Below are positions 1-14,700 of a stretch of 64,000 bases of DNA, in pieces (the stretch's first letter is position 1; each line of letters starts with the position of its first letter). The notes under the pieces are model-generated. The model ran no database searches. It saw only the letters and a list, made by a program, of their open reading frames with translations, and was not told the DNA's origin. Made by a program: the position numbers and the translations under genes. The stretch comes from Eledone cirrhosa (taxonomy: Eukaryota), in assembly GCA_964016885.1 (NCBI GenBank), contig OZ024740.1, positions 7,936,001 through 8,000,000 on the forward strand, given 5' to 3'.

Positions 1-500
1 CAGTTACTATTGGTATCTCAGTTTTGATTGGTATGTCAGTTTCGATTGGTATATCAGTTTCGATTGGTATGTCAGTTTCTATTGGTATATCAGTTTCTAT
101 TGGTATGTCAGTTTCTATTGGTATGTCAGTTTCTATTGGTATATCAGTTTTGATTGGTATATCAGTTTCGATTGGTATATCAGCTTCGATTGGTATATCA
201 CTTTCGATTGGTATGTCAGTTTCTATTGGTATGTCAGTTTCGATTGGTATGTCAGTTTCTATTGGTATATCAGTTTGGATTGATATATCAGTTTCGATTA
301 GTATGTCAGTTTGTAATGGTATGCCAGTTTTGATTAGTATATCAGTTTCTATTGGTATGTCAGTTTCGATTGGTATGTCAGTTTCGATTGGTATGTCAGT
401 TTCGATTGGTATGTCTGTTTCTATTGGTAGATCAGTTACGATTGGTATGTTAGTCCTCGATTTCTATGTCAGTTTCTATTGGTATATCAGTTTCGATGGG

Positions 501-3500
501 TATGTCAGTTTCTATTGGTATATCAGTTTCTATTGGTATGTCAGTTTCGATTATTATATCAGTTACTATTGGTATCTCAGTTTCTATTGGTATGTCAGTT
601 TCGATTGGTATATCAGTTTCGATTGGTATATCAGTTTCAATTGGTATATCAGTTCCTATTGGTATGTCAGTTTTGATTGGTATATCAGTTTCGATTGTTA
701 CGTCAGTTTCGATTGGTATATCAGTTTCGATAGGTATATCAGTTTCGATTGGTATATCAGTTTCTATTGGTATATCAGTTTCTATTGGTATGTCAGTTTT
801 GATTGGTATATCAGTTTCTATTAGTATGTCACTTTTGATTGGTATGTCAGTTTCGTTTGGTATATCAGTTTCGATAGGTATATCAGTTTCGATTGGTATG
901 TCAGTTTTGATTGGTATAACAGTTTCGATTGCTATATCAGTTTCTGTTGGATTGTCAGTTTCGATTATTATATCAGTTACTATTGGTATGTCAGTTTCGA
1001 TTGGAATGTCAGTTTCGATTGGTATGTCAGTTTCTATTGGTATATCTGTTTTTATTGGTATGTCAGTTGCGATTAGTATATCAGTTTCTATAGATATGTA
1101 AGTTTCTATTGGTATATCAGTTTTGATTGGTATATCAGTTTCGATTGGTATGTCAGTTTCGATTGGTATGTCAGTTTCTATTGGTATATCAGTTTCGATT
1201 GATATATCAGTTTCGATTAGTATGTCAGTTTCTAATGGTATGTCAGTTTCGATTAGTATATCAGTTTCTATTGGTATGTCAGTTTCTATTGGTATGTCAG
1301 TTTCTATTGGTATATCAGTTTTGATTGGTATATCAGTTTCGATTGGTATGTCAGTTTCGATTGGTATGTCAGTTTCTATTGGTATATCAGTTTCGATTCG
1401 TATATCAGTTTCGATTGATATATCAGTTTCAATTAGTATGTCAGTTTCTAATGGTATGTCCGTTTCGATTAGTATATCAGTTTCTATTGGTATGTCAGTT
1501 TCGATTGGTATGTCAGTTTCGATTGGTATATCAGTTTCGATTAGTATATCAGTTTCGATTGTTATATCAGTTTCGATTGGTATGTCAGTTTCTATTGGTA
1601 TATCAGTTTCTATTGGTATGTCAGTTTTGATTGGTATGTCAGTTTCGATTGGTATATCAGTTTCGATTGGTATGTCAGTTTCGATTAGTATATCAGTTTC
1701 TATTGGTATGTTAGTTTTGATTGGTATGTCAGATTCTATTGGTATATCAGTTTCGATTGGTATATCAGTTTCGATTGGTATATGAGTTTCTATTGGTATA
1801 TCAGTTTCTACTGGTATGTCAGTTTTGATTGGTATATCAGTTTCGATTAGTATGTCAGTTTCGATTGGTATGTCAGTTTCGATTGGTATATCAGTTTCGA
1901 TAGGTATACCAGTTTCAATCAGTATGTCAGTTTTGATTGGTATAACAGTTTCTATTGCTATATCAGTTTCTATTGGATTGTCAGTTTCTATTGGTATGTC
2001 AGTTTCTATTGGTATGTCAGTTTCGATTGGTATGTCAGTTTCGATTGGTATGTCAATTTCGATTGATATATCAGTTTCGATTAGTATGTCAGTTTCTATT
2101 GGTATATCAGTTTCGATTGGTATATCAGTTTCGATTGGTATGTCAGTTTCGATTGGTATATCAGTTTCGATTGGTATGTCAGTTTCGATTAGTATATCAG
2201 TTTCTATTGGTATGTTAGTTTTGATTGGTATGTCAGATTCTATTGGTATATCAGTTTCGATTGGTATATCAGTTTCGATTGTTATATGAGTTTCTATTGG
2301 TATATCAGTTTCGATTGGAATGTCAGTTTCGATTGGTATTACAGTTTGGATTGGTATGTCAATTTCGATTGGTATATCAGTTTTGATTAGTATGTCAGTT
2401 TCTATTGATACATCAGTTTCGAATGGTATATCAGTTTCGATTGGTATGTCAGTTTCGATTGGTATATCAGTTTCTATTGGTATATCAGTTTCTATTGGTA
2501 TATCAGTTTCTATTGGTATGTCAGGTTTGATTTGAATATCTGTTTCGATTGGTATATCAGTTCTATTGGTATGTCAGTTTCAATTATTATATCAGTTACT
2601 ATTGGTATCTCAGTTTTGATTGGTATGTCAGTTTCGATTGGTATATCAGTTTCGATTGGTATGTCAGTTTCTATTGGTATATCAGTTTCTATTGGTATGT
2701 CAGTTTCTATTGGTATGTCAGTTTCTATTGGTATGTCAGTTTCGATTGGTATGTCAGTTTCGATTGGTATGTCGGTTTCTATTGGTAGATCAGTTACGAT
2801 TGGTATGTTAGTCCTCGATTTGTATGTCAGTTTCTATTGGTATATCAGTTTCGATGGGTATGTCAGTTTCGATGGGAATGTCAGTTTCTATATGTATATC
2901 TGTTTCAATTGTTATGTCAGTTTCTATTGGTATATCAGTTTCTATTGGTATGTCAGTTTCGATTATTATATCAGTTACTATTGGTATCTCAGTTTCTATT
3001 GGTATGTCAGTTTCGATTGGTATATCAGTTTCGATTGGTATATCAGTTTCAATTGGTATATCAGTTCCTATTGGTATGTCAGTTTTGATTGGTATATCAG
3101 TTTCGATTGTTACGTCAGTTTCGATTGGTATATCAGTTTCGATAGGTATATCAGTTTCGATTGGTATATCAGTTTCTATTGGTATATCAGTTTCTATTGG
3201 TATGTCAGTTTTGATTGGTATATCAGTTTCTATTAGTATGTCACTTTTGATTGGTATGTCAGTTTCGTTTGGTATATCAGTTTCGATAGGTATATCAGTT
3301 TCGATTGGTATGTCAGTTTTGATTGGTATAACAGTTTCGATTGCTATATCAGTTTCTGTTGGATTGTCAGTTTCGATTATTATATCAGTTACTATTGGTA
3401 TGTCAGTTTCGATTGGAATGTCAGTTTCGATTGGTATGTCAGTTTCTATTGGTATATCTGTTTTTATTGGTATGTCAGTTGCGATTAGTATATCAGTTTC

Positions 3501-4427
3501 TATAGATATGTAAGTTTCTATTGGTATATCAGTTTTGATTGGTATATCAGTTTCGATTGGTATGTCAGTTTCGATTGGTATGTCAGTTTCTATTGGTATA
3601 TCAGTTTCGATTGATATATCAGTTTCGATTAGTATGTCAGTTTCTAATGGTATGTCAGTTTCGATTAGTATATCAGTTTCTATTGGTATGTCAGTTTCTA
3701 TTGGTATGTCAGTTTCTATTGGTATATCAGTTTTGATTGGTATATCAGTTTCGATTGGTATGTCAGTTTCGATTGGTATGTCAGTTTCTATTGGTATATC
3801 AGTTTCGATTCGTATATCAGTTTCGATTGATATATCAGTTTCAATTAGTATGTCAGTTTCTAATGGTATGTCCGTTTCGATTAGTATATCAGTTTCTATT
3901 GGTATGTCAGTTTCGATTGGTATGTCAGTTTCGATTGGTATATCAGTTTCGATTAGTATATCAGTTTCGATTGTTATATCAGTTTCGATTGGTATGTCAG
4001 TTTCTATTGGTATATCAGTTTCTATTGGTATGTCAGTTTTGATTGGTATGTCAGTTTCGATTGGTATATCAGTTTCGATTGGTATGTCAGTTTCGATTAG
4101 TATATCAGTTTCTATTGGTATGTTAGTTTTGATTGGTATGTCAGATTCTATTGGTATATCAGTTTCGATTGGTATATCAGTTTCGATTGGTATATGAGTT
4201 TCTATTGGTATATCAGTTTCTATTGGTATGTCAGTTTTGATTGGTATATCAGTTTCGATTAGTATGTCAGTTTCGATTGGTATGTCAGTTTCGATTGGTA
4301 TATCAGTTTCGATAGGTATACCAGTTTCAATCAGTATGTCAGTTTTGATTGGTATAACAGTTTCTATTGCTATATCAGTTTCTATTGGATTGTCAGTTTC
4401 TATTGGTATGTCAGTTTCTATTGGTAT
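501..4427 (+). repeat. Higher-order duplication, offset 2412 bp (501-2015 vs 2913-4427)
   Basis: Rare variants recur at +2412 (TAGATATGTAAG at 1091 and 3503; ORF pairs 1123/3535 and 1816/4228). Confidence 0.9.
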
Positions 4428-5750
4428 ATCAGTTTCGATTGGTATATCAGTTTCGATTGGTATATCAGTTTCTATTGTTATGTCAGTTTCGATTATTATG
4501 TCAGTTTCTATTGGTATATCAGTTTTATTGGTATGTCAGTTTCGATTATTATATCAGTTACTATTGGTATCCCAGTTTCTATTGGTATGTCAGTTTCGAT
4601 TGGTATATCAGTTTCGATTGGTATATCAGTTTCAATTGGTATTTCAGTTCCTATTGGTATGTCAGTTTTGATTGGTATATCAGTTTCGATTGTTATGTCA
4701 GTTTCGATTGGTATATCAGTTTCGATAGGTATCTCCGTTTCGATTGGTATATCAGTTTCTATTGGTATGTCAGTTTTGATTGGTATATCAGTTTCTATTA
4801 GTATGTCACTTTTGATTGGTATGTCAGTTTCGTTTGGTATATCAGTTTCGATAGGTATATCAGTTTCGATTGGTATGTCAGTTTTGATTGGTATAACAGT
4901 TTCGATTGCTATATCAGTTTCTGTTGGATTGTCAGTTTCGATTGGTATGTCAATTTCTATTGGTATATCAGTCTCGATTGGTATGTCAGTTTCTATTGGT
5001 ATGTCAGTTTCGATTATTATATCAGTTACTATTGGTATGTCAGTTTCGATTGGAATGTCAGTTTCGATTGGTATGTCAATTTTGATTGATATATCAGTTT
5101 CGATTAGTATGTCAGTTTCTATTTGTATATCAGTTTCTATTGGTAAATCTGTTTTTATTGGTATGTCAGTTGCGATTAGTATATCAGTTTCTATAGATAT
5201 GTAAGTTTCTATTGGCATATCAGTTTTGATTGGTATATCAGTTTCGATTGGTATGTCAGTTTCGATTGGTATGTCAGTTTCTATTGGTATATCAGTTTCG
5301 ATTGGTATGTCAGTTTCGATTGGTATGTCAGTTTCGATTGGTATGTCAATTTTGATTGATATATCAGTTTCGATTAGTATGTCAGTTTCTATTTGTATAT
5401 CAGTTTCGATTGGTATATCAGTTTCGATTGGTATGTCAGTTTCGATTGGTATATCAGTTTCGATTGGTATGGCAGTTTCGATTAGTATATCAGTTTCTAT
5501 TGGTATATCAGTTTCGATTGGTATATGAGTTTCTATTGGTATATCAGTTTCTATTGGTATGTCAGTTTTGATTGGTATATCAGTTTCGATTAGTATGTCA
5601 GTTTCGATTGGTATGTCAGTTTCGATTGGTATATCAGTTTCGATAGGTATACCAGTTTCAATCAGTATGTCAGTTTTGATTGGTATAACAGTTTCTATTG
5701 CTATATCAGTTTCTATTGGATTGTCAGTTTCTATTGGTATGTCAGTTTCT

Positions 5751-8700
5751 ATTGGTATATCAGTTTCGATTGGTATGTCAGTTTCTATTGTTATGTCAGT
5801 TTCGATTATTATATCAGTTACTATTGGTATGTCAGTTTCGATTGGAATGTCAGTTTCGATTGGTATGTCAGTTTCTATTGTTATATCTGTTTCGATTGGT
5901 ATGTCAGTTTCGATTAGTATATCAGTTTCTATAGGTATGTAAGTTTCTATTGGTATATCAGTTTTGATTGGTATGTCAGTTTCAATTTGGTATGTCAGTT
6001 TCGATTGGTATATCAGTTTCGATTAGTATATCAGTTTCGATTGTTATATCAGTTTCGATTGTTATATCAGTTTCTATTGGTATGACAATTTCGATTGGTA
6101 TATCAGTTTCGACTGGTATGTCAGTTTCGATTGGTATGTCAGTTTCGATTGGTATGTCAGTTTCGATTGGTATGTCAGTTTCGATTGGTATATCAGTTTC
6201 TATTTGTATGTCAGTTTCGATTGGTATGTCAGTTTCTATTTGTATATCAGTTTCTATTAGTATGTCAGTTTTGATTGGTATATCAGTTTCGATTAGTATG
6301 TCAGTTTCGATTGGTATGTCAGTATCGATTGGTATATCAGTTTCGATAGGTATATCAGTTTCGATTGGTATGTCAGTTTTGATTGGTATAACACTTTCTA
6401 TTGCTATATCAGTTTCTGTTGGATTGTCAGTTTCTATTGGTATGTCAGTTATGATTGGTATAACAGTTTCTATTGCTATATCAGTTTCTGTTGGATTGTC
6501 AGTTTCTATTGGTATGACAGTTTCGATTAGTGTATCAGTTTCGATTGTTATATCAGTTTTGATTGGTATGTCAGTTTCTATTGGTATATCAGTTACGATT
6601 GGTATATCAGTTTTGATTGGTATGTCAGTTTCTATTGGTATGTCAGTTTCTATTGGTATATCAGTTTTGATTGGTATATCAGTTTCGATTGGTATGTCAG
6701 TTTCGATTGGTATGTCAGTTTCTATTGGTATATCAGTTTCGATTGATATATCAGTTTCGATTAGTATGTCAGTTTCTAATGGTATGTCAGTTTCGATTAG
6801 TATATCAGTTTCTATTGGTATGTCAGTTTCGATTGGTATGTCAGTTTCGATTGGTATATCAGTTTCGATTAGTATATCAGTTTCGATCGTTATATCAGTT
6901 TCGATTGGTATGTCAGTTTCTATTGGTATATCAGTTTCTATTGGTATGTCAGTTTCGATTGGTATGTCAGTTTCGATTGGTATGTCAATTTTGATTGATA
7001 TATCAGTTTCGATTAGTATGTCAGTTTCTATTGGTATATCAGTTTCGATTGGTATATCAGTTTCGATTGGTATGTCAGTTTCGATTGGTATATCAGTTTC
7101 GATTGGTATGGCAATTTCGATTAGTATATCAGTTTCTATTGGTATGTTAGTTTTGATTGGTATGTCAGATTCTATTGGTATATCAGTTTCGATTGGTATA
7201 TCAGTTTCGATTGGTATATGAGTTTCTATTGGTATATCAGTTTCCATTGGTATGTCAGTTTTGATTGGTATATCAGTTTCGATTAGTATGTCAGTTTCGA
7301 TTGGTATGTCAGTTTCGATTGGTATATCAGTTTCGATAGGTATACCAGTTTCAATCAGTATGTCAGTTTTGATTGGTATAACAGTTTCTATTGCTATATC
7401 AGTTTCTATTGGATTGTCAGTTTCTATTGGTATGTCAGTTTCTATTGATATATCAGTTTCGATTGGTATGTCAGTTTCTATTGTTATGTCAGTTTCGATT
7501 ATTATATCAGTTAATATTGGTATGTCAGTTTCGATTGGAATGTCAGTTTCGATTGGTATGTCAGTTTCTATTGTTATATCTGTTTCGATTGGTATGTCAG
7601 ATTCGATTAGTATATCAGTTTCTATAGGTATGTAAGTTTCTATTGGTATATCAGTTTTGATTGGTATATCAGTTTCGATTGGTATGTCAGTTTTGATTGG
7701 TATGTCAGTTTCTATTGGTATGTCAGTTTCGATTAGTATGTCAGTTTCTATTGGTATGTCAGTTTCAATTGGTATGTCAGTTTCGATTGGTATATCAGTT
7801 TCGATTAGTATATCAGTTTCTATTTGTATATCAGTTTCGATTGTTATATCAGTTTCTATTGGTATGACAGTATCGATTGGTATATCAGTTTCGAATGGTA
7901 TGTCAGTTTCGATTGGTATGTCAGTTTCGATTGCTATGTCAGTTTCGATTGGTATATCAGTTTCTATTTGTATGTCAGTTTCGATTGGTATGTCAGTTTC
8001 TATTTGTATATCAGTTTCTATTGGTATGTCAGTTTTGATTGGTATATCAGTTTCGATTAGTATGTCAGTTTCGATTGGTATGTCAGTATCGATTGGTATA
8101 TCAGTTTCGATAGGTATATCAGTTTCGATTGGTATAACAGTTTCTATTGCTATATCAGTTTCTGTTGGATTGTCAGTTTCTATTGGCATGACAGTTTCGA
8201 TTAGTGTATCAGTTTCGATTGTTATATCAGTTTTGATTGGTATGTCAGTTTCTATTGGTATATCAGTTACGATTGGTATATCAGTTTTGATTGGTATGTC
8301 AGTTTCTATTGGTATGTCAGTTTCTATTGGTATATCAGTTTTGATTGGTATATCAGTTTCGATTGGTATGTCAGTTTCGATTGGTATGTCAGTTTCTATT
8401 GGTATATCAGTTTCGAATGATATATCAGTTTCGATTAGTATGTCAGTTTCTAATGGTATGTGAGTTTCTATTAGTATATCAGTTTCTATTGGTATGTCAG
8501 TTTCGATTGGTATCCTCAGTTTCGATTGGTATATCAGTTTCGATTAGTATATCAGTTTCGATTGTTACATCAGTTTCGATTGGTATGTCAGTTTCTATAG
8601 GTATATCAGTTTCTATTGGTATGTCAGTTTCGATTGGTATGTCAGTTTCGATTGGTACGTCAATTTTGATTGGTATATCAGTTTCGATTAGTATGTCAGT

Positions 8701-11700
8701 TTCTATTGGTATATCAGTTTCGATTGGTATGTCAGTTTCGATTGGTATGTCAGTTTCTTTTGGTATATCAGTTTCGATTGATATATCAGTTACGATTAGT
8801 ATGTCACTTTCTAACGGTATGTCAGTTTCGATTGGTATGTCAGATTCTATTGGTATATCAGTTTCGATTGGTATATCAGTTTCGATTGTTATATCAGTTT
8901 CTATTTGTATATCAGTTTCTATTGGTATGTCAGTTTTGATTGGTATATCAGTTTCGATTGGTATGTCAGTTTCGATTGGTATGTCAGTTTCGATTGGTAT
9001 ATCAGTTTCGATAGGTATATCAGTTTCGATTGGTATATCAGTTTTGATTGGTATAACAGTTTCTATTGCTATATCAGTTTCTGTTGGATTGACAGTTCCG
9101 ATTGGTATGTCAGTTTCTATTGGTATATTGGTTTCGATTGGTATGTCAGTTTCTATTGGTATGTCAGTTTCGATTATTATATCAGTTACTATTGGTATGT
9201 CAGTTTCGATTGGAATGTCAGTTTCGATTGGTATATCAGTTTCTATTGGTATATCTGTTTCGATTGGTATGTCAATTTCGATTAGTATATCAGTTTCTAT
9301 AGGTATGTAAGTTTCTATTGGTATATCAGTTTCGATTGGTATATCAGTTTTGATTAGTATGTCAGTTTCTATTGGTATGTCAGTTTCGATTGGTATATCA
9401 GTTTCTATTGGTATGTCAATTTTGATTGGTATGTCAGTTTCGATTGGTATATCAGTTTCGATTAGTATATCAGTTTCGATTGTTATATCAGTTTCGATTG
9501 GTATGTCAGTTTCTATTGGTATATCAGTTTCTATTGGTATATCAGTTTCGATTGGTATGTCAGTTTCGATTGGTATGTCAGTTTCTATTTGTATATCAGT
9601 TTCGATTGATATATCAGTTTCGATTAGTATGTCAGTTTCTAATGGTATGTCAGTTTCGATTAGTTTATCAGTTTCTATTGGCATATCAGTTTCTATTGGT
9701 ATGTCAGTTTCGATTGGTATGTCAATTTCGATTGGTATATCAGTTTCGATTAGTATGTCAGTTTCTATTGGTATATCAGTTTCGATCGGTATGTCATTTT
9801 CGATTGGTATATCAGTTTCGATTAGTATATCAGTTTCGATTGTTATATCAGTTTCGATTGGTATGTCAGTTTCTATTGGTATATCAGTTTCTATGGGTAT
9901 GTCAGTTTCGATTGGTATGTCAGTTTCGATTGGTATGTCAATTTCGATTGGTATATCAGTTTTGATTAGTATGTCAGTTTCTATTGGTATATCAGTTTCG
10001 ATTGGTATATCAGATTCGATTGGTATGTCAGTTTCGATTAGTATATCAGTTTCTATTGGTATGTCAGTTTTGATTGGTATGTCAGTTTCGATTGGTATGT
10101 CAATTTCGATTGGTATATCAGTTTCGATTAGTATGTCAGTTTCAATTGGTATATCAGTTTCGATTGGTATATCTGATTAGTTTGATATGTCAGTTTCTAT
10201 TGGTAGATCAGTTACGATTGGTATGTTAGTTACCATTGGTATATCAGTTTCGATTAGTATATCAGTTTCTATTGGTATATCAGTTTCGATAGGTATGTTC
10301 GTCCTCGATTTGTATGTCAGTTTCTATTGGTATATTAGTTTCGATGGGTATGTCAGTTTCTATTGGTATATCAGTTTCTATTGGTATGTCAATTTCTATT
10401 TGTATATCAGTTTCAATTGATATGTTAGTTTCTATTGGTATGTCATCTTCGATTAGTATATCAGTTTCTATTGGTATGTCAGTTTTGATTATTATATCAG
10501 TTACTATTGGTATCTCAGTTTCGATTGTTATGTCAGTTCCGATTAGTATATCAGTTCGATTGGTATGTCAGTTTCTATTGGTATATCAGTTTCTATTGGT
10601 ATGTCAGTTTCTATTGGTATGTCAGTTTCTATTGGTATGTCAGTTTCTATTGCTATATCAGTTTCTATTAGTATATCAGTTTTGATAGGTATGTCACTTT
10701 CTATTGGTACATCAGTTTCGATTGGTATGTCAGTTTCGATTAGTATATCAGTTTCTATTTGTATGTTAGTTTTGATTGGTATGTCAGATTCTATTGGTAT
10801 ATCAGTTTCGATTGGTATATCAGTTTCGATTGGTATATGAGTTTCTATTGGTATATCAGTTTCGATTGGAATGTCAGTTTCGATTGGTATTACAGTTTGG
10901 ATTGGTATGTCAATTTCGATTGGTATATCAGTTTTGATTAGTATGTCAGTTTCTATTGATACATCAGTTTCGAATGGTATATTAGTTTCGATTGGTATGT
11001 CAGTTTCGATTGGTATATCAGTTTCTATTGGTATATCAGTTTCTATTGGTATATCAGTTTCTATTGGTATGTCAGGTTTGATTTGTATATCTGTTTCGAT
11101 TGGTATGTCAGTTTCGATTGGTATATCAGTTTCGATTGGTATATCAGTTTCGAATAGTATATCATTTTCGATTGTTATATCAGTTTCGATTGGTATATCA
11201 GTTTCGATTGGTATATCAGTTTCGATTGGTATGTCAGTTTCTATTGGTATGTCAGTTTCTATTGGTATGTCAGTTTCTATTGGTATATCAGTTTTGATTG
11301 GTATATCAGTTTCGATTGGTATGTCAGTTTCGATTGGTATGTCAGTTTCTATTGGTATATCAGTTTCGATTGGTATATCAGTTTCGATTGATATATCAGT
11401 TTCGATTAGTATGTCAGTTTCTAATGGTATGTCCGTTTCGATTACTATATCAGTTTCTATTGGTATGTCAGTTTCGATTGGTATGTCAGTTTCGATTGGT
11501 ATATCAGTTTCGATTAGTATATCAGTTTCGACTGTTATATCAGTTTCGATTGGTATGTCAGTTTCTATTGGTATATCAGTTTCTATTGGTATGTCAGTTT
11601 CGATTGGTATGTCAGTTTCGATTGGTATGTCAATTTTGATTGATATATCAGTTTCGATTAGTATGTCAGTTTCTATTGGTATATCAGTTTCGATTGGTAT

Positions 11701-14700
11701 ATCAGTTTCGATTGGTATATCAGTTTCGATTGGTATATCAGTTTTGATTGGTATGGCAGTTTCGATTAGTATATCAGTTTCTATTGGTATGTTAGTTTTG
11801 ATTGGTATGTCAGATTCTATTGGTATATCAGTTTCGATTGGTATATCAGTTTCGATTGGTATATGAGTTTCTATTGGTATATCAGTTTCTATTGGTATGT
11901 CAGTTTTGATTGGTATATCAGTTTCGATTAGTATGTCAGTTTCGATTGGTATGTCAGTTTCGATTGGTATATCAGTTTCGATAGGTATACCAGTTTCAAT
12001 CAGTATGTCAGTTTTGATTGGTATAACAGTTTCTATTGCTATATCAGTTTCTATTGGATTGTCAGTTTCTATTGGTATGTCAGTTTCTATTGGTATATCA
12101 GTTTCGATTGGTATGTCAGTTTCTATTGTTATGTCAGTTTCGATTATTATATCAGTTACTATTGGTATGTCAGTTTCGATTGGAATGTCAGTTTCGATTG
12201 GTATGTCAGTTTCTATAGGTATGTAAGTTTCTATTGGTATATCAGTTTTGATTGGTATATCAGTTTCGATTGGTATGTCAGTTTTGATTGGTATGTCAGT
12301 TTCTATTGGTATATCAGTTTCGATTGATATATCAGTTTCGATTAGTATGTCAGTTTCTAATGGTATGTCAGTTTCGATTAGTATGTCAGTTTCTATTGGT
12401 ATGTCAGTTTCAATTGGTATGTCAGTTTCGATTGGTATATCAGTTTCGATTAGTATATCAGTTTCGATTGTTATATCAGTTTCGATTGTTATATCAGTTT
12501 CTATTGGTATGACAGTTTCGATTGGTATATCAGTTTCGATTGGTATGTCAGTTTCTATTGTTATGTCAGTTTCGATTATTATATCAGTTACTATTGGTAT
12601 GTCAGTTTCGATTGGAATGTCAGTTTCGATTGGTATGTCAGTTTCTATTGTTATATCTGTTTCGATTGGTATGTCAGTTTCGATTAGTATATCAGTTTCT
12701 ATAGGTATGTAAGTTTCTATTGGTATATCAGTTTTGATTGGTATGTCAGTTTCAATTTGGTATGTCAGTTTCGATTGGTATATCAGTTTCGATTAGTATA
12801 TCAGTTTCGATTGTTATATCAGTTTCGATTGTTATATCAGTTTCTATTGGTATGACAATTTCGATTGGTATATCAGTTTCGACTGGTATGTCAGTTTCGA
12901 TTGGTATGTCAGTTTCGATTGGTATGTCAGTTTCGATTGGTATGTCAGTTTCGATTGGTATATCAGTTTCTATTTGTATGTCAGTTTCGATTGGTATGTC
13001 AGTTTCTATTTGTATATCAGTTTCTATTAGTATGTCAGTTTTGATTGGTATATCAGTTTCGATTAGTATGTCAGTTTCGATTGGTATGTCAGTATCGATT
13101 GGTATATCAGTTTCGATAGGTATATCAGTTTCGATTGGTATGTCAGTTTTGATTGGTATAACACTTTCTATTGCTATATCAGTTTCTGTTGGATTGTCAG
13201 TTTCTATTGGTATGTCAGTTATGATTGGTATATCAGTTTCGATTGGTATGTCAGTTTTGATTGGTATAACAGTTTCTATTGCTATATCAGTTTCTGTTGG
13301 ATTGTCAGTTTCTATTGGTATGACAGTTTCGATTAGTGTATCAGTTTCGATTGTTATATCAGTTTTGATTGGTATGTCAGTTTCTATTGGTATATCAGTT
13401 ACGATTGGTATATCAGTTTTGATTGGTATGTCAGTTTCTATTGGTATGTCAGTTTCTATTGGTATATCAGTTTTGATTGGTATATCAGTTTCGATTGGTA
13501 TGTCAGTTTCGATTGGTATGTCAGTTTCTATTGGTATATCAGTTTCGATTGATATATCAGTTTCGATTAGTATGTCAGTTTCTAATGGTATGTCAGTTTC
13601 GATTAGTATATCAGTTTCTATTGGTATGTCAGTTTCGATTGGTATGTCAGTTTCGATTGGTATATTAGTTTCGATTAGTATATCAGTTTCGATCGTTATA
13701 TCAGTTTCGATTGGTATGTCAGTTTCTATTGGTATATCAGTTTCTATTGGTATGTCAGCTTCGATTGGTATGTCAGTTTCGATTGGTATGTCAATTTTGA
13801 TTGATATATCAGTTTCGATTAGTATGTCAGTTTCTATTGGTATATCAGTTTCGATTGGTATATCAGTTTCGATTGGTATGTCAGTTTCGATTGGTATATC
13901 AGTTTCGATTGGTATGGCAATTTCGATTAGTATATCAGTTTCTATTGGTATGTTAGTTTTGATTGGTATGTCAGATTCTATTGGTATATCAGTTTCGATT
14001 GGTATATCAGTTTCGATTGGTATATGAGTTTCTATTGGTATATCAGTTTCCATTGGTATGTCAGTTTTGATTGGTATATCAGTTTCGATTAGTATGTCAG
14101 TTTCGATTGGTATGTCAGTTTCGATTGGTATATCAGTTTCGATAGGTATACCAGTTTCAATCAGTATGTCAGTTTTGATTGGTATAACAGTTTCTATTGC
14201 TATATCAGTTTCTATTGGATTGTCAGTTTCTATTGGTATGTCAGTTTCTATTGATATATCAGTTTCGATTGGTATGTCAGTTTCTATTGTTATGTCAGTT
14301 TCGATTATTATATCAGTTAATATTGGTATGTCAGTTTCGATTGGAATGTCATTTTCGATTGGTATGTCAGTTTCTATTGTTATATCTGTTTCGATTGGTA
14401 TGTCAGATTCGATTAGTATATCAGTTTCTATAGGTATGTAAGTTTCTATTGGTATATCAGTTTTGATTGGTATATCAGTTTCGATTGGTATGTCAGTTTT
14501 GATTGGTATGTCAGTTTCTATTGGTATGTCAGTTTCGATTAGTATGTCAGTTTCTATTGGTATGTCAGTTTCAATTGGTATGTCAGTTTCGATTGGTATA
14601 TCAGTTTCGATTAGTATATCAGTTTCTATTTGTATATCAGTTTCGATTGTTATATCAGTTTCTATTGGTATGACAGTATCGATTGGTATATCAGTTTCGA